From positions 75,784 to 139,783 of the forward strand of contig DAHVCH010000004.1 in assembly GCA_027314165.1 (NCBI GenBank): DNA of 64,000 bases. The letters are read 5' to 3'. Source of the stretch: Thermoplasmata archaeon. GTDB lineage: Archaea; Thermoplasmatota; Thermoplasmata; Lutacidiplasmatales; UBA184. Made by a program: the position numbers and the translations under genes. Position 1 is the first letter of the stretch. Each line of letters starts with the position of its first letter. Positions 58,684 through 64,000 of this stretch are shown here, one piece after another. Below the pieces are notes generated by a model. That model worked only from the letters and a program-made list of their open reading frames with translations, searched no databases and had not been told where the DNA came from.

Positions 58684-58919
58684 GGAGCCCCAAAGACAAG
58701 CTCCAAGAAGAAAAGGACACCGCTCGTCAGGCGTCCGAACCTCCGGGGCTTCGAGCCCCCGACCACGGCGTCCGGGCCTCACGGACCGGCGCGGGCCCGC
58801 TCGTCAACAGGTTTGGGGAAGATCCGCCGCGGCCCTCGCCCGAGGGGCTGGGATCTCACAAATCTCTGGAAGGGGTTAGGGGCCCCTAGTTCAGGGGCCC
58901 TTCGGTAACGAGCACAGCT

Positions 58920-58973
58920 CTAGCGCTTGCCCTTCTTGCCCTTCTTGCCCTTTGACTTGGTCGTCTTCGCCAT
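58920..58973 (-). CDS. Candidate micro-ORF encoding a 17-aa Lys/Gly-rich peptide (MAKTTKSKGKKGKKGKR)
   Basis: It has an ATG and a TAG stop. It is the tail of an otherwise implausible track ORF (58920..59390). An inverted repeat TCCGGTT-cc-AACCGGA lies at 58985-59000 just upstream. An 8-bp GC hairpin at 58880-58900 lies 20 nt downstream of the stop. This call is speculative. Confidence 0.3.
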   Translation of the reverse strand: MAKTTKSKGKKGKKGKR

Positions 58974-59098
58974 TTTGGTAGTTGTCCGGTTCCAACCGGA
59001 CAGGTGAACTATTGCGCTCCTGCATGCCGTTCTTCTGTCCCCTCCACGACGCGGGAGGGCCCTAACGTCCCGTGAGCGACCTGCCCTCCGGGTTCGGA

Positions 59099-60283
59099 TC
59101 ACCCGGTAGGGACCGCCTGGACGCCCTCGGAGCGAAGGGCGGGCACCTCGCTCCGAACACCTTCGCGGAACCTCGATGGGAGCGCGGGGCCGAGCTCCGT
59201 CCATGAGCCCGCAACGAAGGCGGAGGCGAACCTGCGCGCGATCGCGCCCGCCCGCATGACCCCGGAGCCGCTGAAACCCGCCGCCACGAAGAGCCCGGGG
59301 GCGCCGGGGATGGGGCCGACCAGAGGATGGCCATCGGGAGTGGCGGCGCAGACCCCGGCCCACCCGCGCTCGACGTTCGAGCCCGCCCATCCGGGAAGGA
59401 CATCCTGGAAACGTCCGGCGATCGTTTCGAGGTAGGCGAAGTCCGCGGCAGGATTCGCACGCGCGGGGTCGACGGGGAGCGAAGGCGCCCCGCCGGTGAC
59501 CAGCAGGCGTCCCCCCGGGGCCGAGCGCACGAGCAGCCCCCCCGACGTCTCGTGGTACGTGGGGAACGGGGCGGCCAGAGGGCCGGGCCGCAGACGACAG
59601 CCCTCCGCTCGGAACGCGGAGAGAGGCAGGGGTTGGTCGAGCTCACGCAGCAGCGGGCCCGTCCAGGCCCCACAGGCGAGGATGAGCGACGTCGCCGAGA
59701 ACTCCCCTCCAAGCGCGCGGACTCGCCAGCCGTCCGAGTGCCGCTCGACCGCTGGAGCCCCCCAGCCCCACCGAAGATCGACCCCGGCGTGCGAGGCCAG
59801 CTCGGCGTAGGCGAACGTCATCTCCGAGGAGGAGAGGAGCGCTTCGTGAGGGACGTGGGCGACCACCTGCGCTCCGGAGAGGTCTCCCGCGGGCAGGAGC
59901 TGGGCGGCGAGCTCCGGGCCCACCGCCTCGGTCCCGTCGCCCTCCCGGCGAGCGAGACCGATCTGGCGTTCCAGCCATCGAGCGTCCTTCTCGTTACGAG
60001 CGACCCATAGTCCGCCGCTCTCGCGATAGGCTCCGAGCCCCCACTTCTCGGAGATCTCGCGGTACTCCTGTGCGCTCTCCCGCACGAGTCCCCGCTCCCA
60101 GGGGTCCCAGGGGAAAGGAGAGAGCGCCCCTACCGAAGCGCCCGAGGCTCCCGCGCAAGGATGGACCCCGTCGTAGAGCACCACAGAGCCGACCCCCTCC
60201 CGTCGTAGATGATGGGCGAGGGCGCACCCCATGATCCCGGCCCCGAGGACCACGACTTCGTGCCGTGAGGGGGCGCTGGGCAT
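59099..60283 (-). CDS. FAD-dependent oxidoreductase (DAO / glycine-sarcosine oxidase-like)
   Basis: From ATG 60283 it reads MPSAPSRHEVVVLGAGIMGCALAHHL (GxGxxG dinucleotide fold). It has DAO-family length and a C-terminal ...FVAAGFSGSGVM motif. Confidence 0.85.
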   Translation of the reverse strand: MPSAPSRHEVVVLGAGIMGCALAHHLRREGVGSVVLYDGVHPCAGASGASVGALSPFPWDPWERGLVRESAQEYREISEKWGLGAYRESGGLWVARNEKDARWLERQIGLARREGDGTEAVGPELAAQLLPAGDLSGAQVVAHVPHEALLSSSEMTFAYAELASHAGVDLRWGWGAPAVERHSDGWRVRALGGEFSATSLILACGAWTGPLLRELDQPLPLSAFRAEGCRLRPGPLAAPFPTYHETSGGLLVRSAPGGRLLVTGGAPSLPVDPARANPAADFAYLETIAGRFQDVLPGWAGSNVERGWAGVCAATPDGHPLVGPIPGAPGLFVAAGFSGSGVMRAGAIARRFASAFVAGSWTELGPALPSRFREGVRSEVPALRSEGVQAVPTG

Positions 60284-60400
60284 GCTCGCGACCTCCTTCG
60301 GACCCTCCGGCCCCCCCGGGAGATAAGGGGGTTCCGCGGACGGGCGGGGGGGGACCGCGGGGGAGCAACCCTTTACCAGAGAAAGACGGTCGCCTTGGTC

Positions 60401-60649
60401 ATGACCGACGCGTGGGCCATCTGTCCGGTGTGCAAGAAGATGCTCGCCGTGGAGGCGGTCGACGTCCCCCGGCAGCCCATGGCCCTCCTCCGTCACCTCG
60501 AGGAGGCCCACGGACCGGGCCCCGTGCCCTCGGAGCGCCGGGAGAGCGCGAGAGCGCAGGCGACCCCTCCCCCTCCCCGCCCGCCTCCCGATGACCATCC
60601 GCCGCGCCGCGCGGCATCTCCACGACCGCACGGCCGGCCGCGCCACTGA
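60401..60649 (+). CDS. Hypothetical small protein with a C2H2-like metal site
   Basis: ATG 60401 lies about 26 nt after a CTTTACC box. It reads MTDAWAICPVCKKMLAVEAVDVPRQPMALLRHLEEAHG..., followed by a P/R-rich tail. Third-position GC is high in the first half. Confidence 0.45.
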   Translation: MTDAWAICPVCKKMLAVEAVDVPRQPMALLRHLEEAHGPGPVPSERRESARAQATPPPPRPPPDDHPPRRAASPRPHGRPRH

Positions 60650-60775
60650 CCGGCGACCGGTTCCGGCGAGAGTCCCTGGGTCAGACCTCCTCCTCGAGGA
60701 TGGGGCGCCGCGCGCGGACGAGGGGCCCCAGCCCCGGGGTCAGTCCGAGGGTGGGGGGGAGGAGGCCCGCGCGGG

Positions 60776-63700
60776 TCAGTACGAGCCGGGCGGTCCCGAC
60801 GGAGGGTACCCGGCATACGCGGCCGCGCCCGTTTCTCCCCTCGAGGGAGGGTCCCGCGACCGCCGTGAACGTCGGACGGCGATGGCGACCGCCGCCGCGG
60901 CGACCACCACGACAAGACCCACGACGAGGATCCCCCACTCGAGGGGCGTGAGGCCGAGGGGGCCCGCGCCACCGTTCGGCGTCGTGCTGGTCCCCGGTCC
61001 CACGACGACGTTGAGCGTGGCCTGCGAGGAGGCGCCCGTGGCGTCCGAGACCTGGACGACCACGTAGTAGGACCCGTCCGCGGAGTACGTGTAGGAGGCG
61101 TTGGCCTGGGTCGAGCTGGCCGAGCCGACCCCAAAGGTCCACAGGTAGGTGTACGGAGGCGTGCCTCCGCTGGCCGACCCCGTGAACTGGACCTGGAGCG
61201 GGGAGGGGCCCTGCGTCGGGTTCGCGCTGGCGTGCGCCGCCAGGGTGCCTCCCGAGGCGGTCCGCACCACCACGGGGTTCCCGGTGACCACCACCGGGGA
61301 CCCGCCCCGGCTGTCCTGCACCGACATCGACGGGACGAAGCTCCCGGCACTCGTGTAGACGTGCACGACCTGAGGCGTGGCGCCGATCGTACCCATGGCC
61401 GCGCTCCCGTCGCCGAAGTTCCAGCTCTCGGTGTACCCCGTCCCCGTGCCGCCCGCGACCGTCCCGGAGAACGTCACCGATAGCGGGGCCACGCCGGAGC
61501 TCAACGAGGAGGAGAAGCCCGCCGTGAGGGGAGGGATCGAGGAGGAGATCGTCACGTTGGACCAGAGGAATAGCGGGATGGCGGGCCCGTCGGTGATCTG
61601 GACGCTCAGGTTGACGTACCCTGCCTTGGGCCCCGCGGTGAAGTAGGTGGACGTCTGGTAGTCGCTCCCCACGGACACGTTGACCGACCCCAGGCTGGAG
61701 GGGGAGACGGACCAGGAGTAGTGCACCGTGGAGGCGTACAGCGGCTGACCGTACTGGTCCATGGCCTGGGCGTCGAACTTGAGGGTGCCTCCCGTCGCGA
61801 CGGTGGCGGGCTCGGGGACCAACGTCGCCGAGGCCAGCGTGGGCGGTGCGTTGGAGATCACGACGACGGCGCAGGCGAGCCGGGTCGTGGAGGCGTACGT
61901 CACGTTCAGGCAGACGTTCCCGGACCCCGTGCCGCTTCCCGCGACGAACCGCACGGCGGTGGTCCCCAGGGTCGCGTTGAGGGTCCCCAGGGTGCTCGGG
62001 CCCACGTTCCACACGAACGTGCCGCCGTGGGACGGGTAGACCCCGCCCCCGAGGGTGTCCGTCGCGCTGCCGTTGAAGTAGAGCACGCCGTTGGGAGGCC
62101 CGCCGGTGGAGGGCGGGGACAGCACGACGTTCGCGAGGGTCGCGGACGCGCTGACCGTGACCGGGGCGCAGCCCATCAGGGTCACCCCGCTGTACGTCGC
62201 GTTCTCACAGAGGTGACCCGACCCCGCGCTGCTCCCCGGGGAATAGGTCGTGGAGGCGCCGACGGCCGGGCTGACCGAGCCCAGCGTCGTGGGGTAGGGC
62301 TGCGACCAGGCAAAGATCGCGCCCCCGATGCTCGCCCCGCTCTGGTCGGTGGCGGAGGCCGAGAGCGCCACGGTGGTGCCGGGGCTGGTCCCGACCGGGT
62401 CCGGGGAGATCGCGGTCGCGGTGAGGGTGGGAGGGGCCCCACCGGTCCCGGTGTTACAGGGGACGCGCGGGTCCCCGCACCGCCACACGGGTTCGAGCGG
62501 GTTCCCCTCGGCCAGCAGGTCGTTGGTGGCCATCGGGAAGGTGAGCTTGGTGAGGGAGCTCGCGAAGATGGTGGGGTTGACGTTGAGCTCGACGCGCTCC
62601 ATGGCCGCGAGGACGTTGGAGGTGTTGAACGTCTGGTGGACGATGTTCCCGCACGGCCCCGTCGTGATCCCGCAGGAGGCCGGGTTGGGGTTCCCGGTCT
62701 TCATCACGCTCGGGTCGGCGACGAGGACGAAGGGGAACCTCCTCCCGCTGTTGACGGAGTCCGGACCGTTCGCCCCGTCCTGCGTGTCGTCCTCCGAGAT
62801 GGCGATGACCGTGTTCTTCGCGAGCGCGGTGTTGTTCTCCACCGCCTGCACGATCAGGTTCATCGACTGGTCGTTCCACTGGATGCACGTGTCGAAGCTC
62901 GAGGACGTGCAGTAGGGCCCCGGGTGGTCGTCCATGAGCTCGATCAGCGTGTAGGTCGGCAGCCCGTAGTCCTTGAGGTAGCTCAGGAACGCGTAGGCGG
63001 CGTACTGGTCGTTCATCGTGGTGACGCCGCTGTTCGAGCAGGTGAACTGGCAGTCGTAGAGGAGCTGCGGGATCCCGTTCGCGGGGTTCACCACCGGCGG
63101 GAGGGGCTGGACGCTCCCGCTCGTCGTGTTCGTCCAGAACCCGACGCCGGAGGGCACGCCGGAGCACGTGGTGTGCTCCACCGCGACCGAGTTCCCCGGC
63201 AGCGAGCCCGGGATCCCCGTGGTCGAGCCGACGGAGCAGCTGAGCCCGCTACCCCCGCTCCCCAGTTCCCAGAGGTTGTCCCCGATGGCCAGGAACGGGA
63301 TGGGCCCTCCGGACTGGGCGACGTTCGGTCCCGTGAACCGGTCGAAGACGGTCCCGTCGGTGGGGTAGGCCTGGGAGCCGAGGTCGGGGCTGTAGCCGCA
63401 GCTGCCGCTCTTCACGTTGGAATTGTTGTAGATCCCCCACTGCGTGCCGGACCCCATGCCTTGGACCGTGTTGCTGCAGGAGTCCGAGCCTCCGTTGATG
63501 TCGGCCGCGAAGAGGTAGGCGTGGCCCTGCGCCGAGTAGGGGTCGACAGAGGAGTACATGTTGTCGAAGACGGACCCCACGCGCCCCCACTGGTGCAGGA
63601 ACGGCACGTCGGCGATGTGGTTCGTCTGCGAGGTGTGGTCGACCCCGTTGTTGCACGTCGAGTTGATCGTCGAGTGGCAGTCGCCGAGGTAGTCGTCGAA

Positions 63701-63949
63701 GACGTGGTTCTCCCGGACGATGTAGATGAAGTGGGTGAGGTTCGAGGGGAAGGGGGCGAGGCCGCTCACCAGGGGCGTCAGGTCCGGAGGGGCCACTCCG
63801 AGGCCAGGCGTCGCCTGGGCACCCGAGCCGGCCTGCCCGCCGGGGAGGCCGACGGCCGCCGGCGCGCCCGCGGCTGTCGGGACCACGAGGAGCAAGACCA
63901 GAAGGAAAGAGGTGGCAGCCCACAGCCGTACCGTGACACGCATACGCAC
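60776..63949 (-). CDS. Surface-anchored phosphoesterase-family protein (PLC/AcpA-type N-terminal domain, Ig-like and 2 PKD domains, TM, tail)
   Basis: The signal peptide is MRMRVTVRLWAATSFLLVLLLVVPTAAGA. FIYIVRENHVFDDYLG matches the phosphoesterase-family ENxxFD motif, and later VIAISEDDTQDG appears. These are followed by BIG2-like units, two PKD cores (WNFGDGS, WTFGVGS), the TM segment WGILVVGLVVVVAAAAVAIAVRRSRRSR, and a P/Y-rich tail. Confidence 0.85.
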   Translation of the reverse strand: MRMRVTVRLWAATSFLLVLLLVVPTAAGAPAAVGLPGGQAGSGAQATPGLGVAPPDLTPLVSGLAPFPSNLTHFIYIVRENHVFDDYLGDCHSTINSTCNNGVDHTSQTNHIADVPFLHQWGRVGSVFDNMYSSVDPYSAQGHAYLFAADINGGSDSCSNTVQGMGSGTQWGIYNNSNVKSGSCGYSPDLGSQAYPTDGTVFDRFTGPNVAQSGGPIPFLAIGDNLWELGSGGSGLSCSVGSTTGIPGSLPGNSVAVEHTTCSGVPSGVGFWTNTTSGSVQPLPPVVNPANGIPQLLYDCQFTCSNSGVTTMNDQYAAYAFLSYLKDYGLPTYTLIELMDDHPGPYCTSSSFDTCIQWNDQSMNLIVQAVENNTALAKNTVIAISEDDTQDGANGPDSVNSGRRFPFVLVADPSVMKTGNPNPASCGITTGPCGNIVHQTFNTSNVLAAMERVELNVNPTIFASSLTKLTFPMATNDLLAEGNPLEPVWRCGDPRVPCNTGTGGAPPTLTATAISPDPVGTSPGTTVALSASATDQSGASIGGAIFAWSQPYPTTLGSVSPAVGASTTYSPGSSAGSGHLCENATYSGVTLMGCAPVTVSASATLANVVLSPPSTGGPPNGVLYFNGSATDTLGGGVYPSHGGTFVWNVGPSTLGTLNATLGTTAVRFVAGSGTGSGNVCLNVTYASTTRLACAVVVISNAPPTLASATLVPEPATVATGGTLKFDAQAMDQYGQPLYASTVHYSWSVSPSSLGSVNVSVGSDYQTSTYFTAGPKAGYVNLSVQITDGPAIPLFLWSNVTISSSIPPLTAGFSSSLSSGVAPLSVTFSGTVAGGTGTGYTESWNFGDGSAAMGTIGATPQVVHVYTSAGSFVPSMSVQDSRGGSPVVVTGNPVVVRTASGGTLAAHASANPTQGPSPLQVQFTGSASGGTPPYTYLWTFGVGSASSTQANASYTYSADGSYYVVVQVSDATGASSQATLNVVVGPGTSTTPNGGAGPLGLTPLEWGILVVGLVVVVAAAAVAIAVRRSRRSRDPPSRGETGAAAYAGYPPSGPPGSY

Positions 63950-63967
63950 AGTGGCCGCCGATGCCGG

Positions 63968-63977
63968 GTATATAATT
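63968..63977 (-). promoter_or_regulatory. TATA box candidate for the phosphoesterase gene
   Basis: Forward GTATATAATT (minus strand AATTATATAC) is centred about 24 nt upstream of GTG 63949 and about 30 nt upstream of ATG 63943. Confidence 0.5.
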
Positions 63978-64000
63978 CCCCAGGCGGGCGGAACGCCGCG

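Noticed and set aside
56341-58720. A 779-aa plus-strand ORF and a 729-aa minus-strand ORF overlie metG. Similar shadow ORFs occur at 41849..43927(+), 43218..44789(-), 50027..52873(-), 53587..55596(+) and 60681..62012(-) over the surface-protein genes.
   Set aside because: They are Arg/Gly/Pro-rich shadow frames of genes with clear motifs (HIGH/KMSKS, or YVTN/PKD repeats).
58720-58770. A tRNA-like T-arm (CCGGGGCTTCGAGCCCCCG) upstream of metG.
   Set aside because: No complementary acceptor 5' strand, D arm or anticodon arm could be built around it.
58974-59390. The upstream remainder of the 156-aa track ORF 58920..59390(-).
   Set aside because: It is R/G/P-rich, overlaps the 3' end of the FAD oxidoreductase gene in another frame, and has no motif. 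Only its last 17 codons form a plausible independent micro-ORF.

Overview
This is a very GC-rich archaeal chromosomal segment (GC judged by eye, not computed). Archaeal markers are aEF-2, uS12/uS7, eS8, SRP19, a GPN-loop GTPase, pyruvoyl arginine decarboxylase, family-B DNA polymerase, two-subunit 2-oxoacid:ferredoxin oxidoreductase and ADP-forming acetyl-CoA synthetase. A Thermoplasmatota-like euryarchaeote is my inference only. High GC produces many long spurious ORFs in all six frames. I called genes by recognisable protein families, third-position GC, and TATA-like or GGAGG signals, and re-called many starts inside over-extended track ORFs. Positions 1-41 kb are compact housekeeping: a biotin ligase plus 12S/5S carboxyltransferase cluster, ogt, S12-S7-EF2, UDG-PolB, HtrA, purM, pyrC, a MacB-type ABC pair, OFOR, moaDE, ACD, Mrp, SRP19/eS8, RNase HII, pdaD/Lrp, pcm and rlmE. 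Positions 41-64 kb are accessory and cell-surface dominated. They hold three large membrane-anchored modular proteins (about 1070, 2581 and 1057 aa) built from YVTN propeller, Ig-like, PKD and GLPxGC repeats. They also hold a RelE-like toxin-antitoxin pair, two tRNAs I found by hand (Pro-GGG, Cys-GCA), and orphan genes. The most unusual observations are: a propeller apparently nested inside an Ig-like repeat of the giant protein; tandem paralogous micro-membrane proteins with acidic tails; a small acidic protein ending in a ribosomal P-stalk-like tail; a DHDPS-family protein lacking the Schiff-base lysine; a repair-nuclease-like TIM barrel with a histone-H1-like tail; and a 17-codon Lys-rich micro-ORF. 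No CRISPR array, integrase or transposase was seen.
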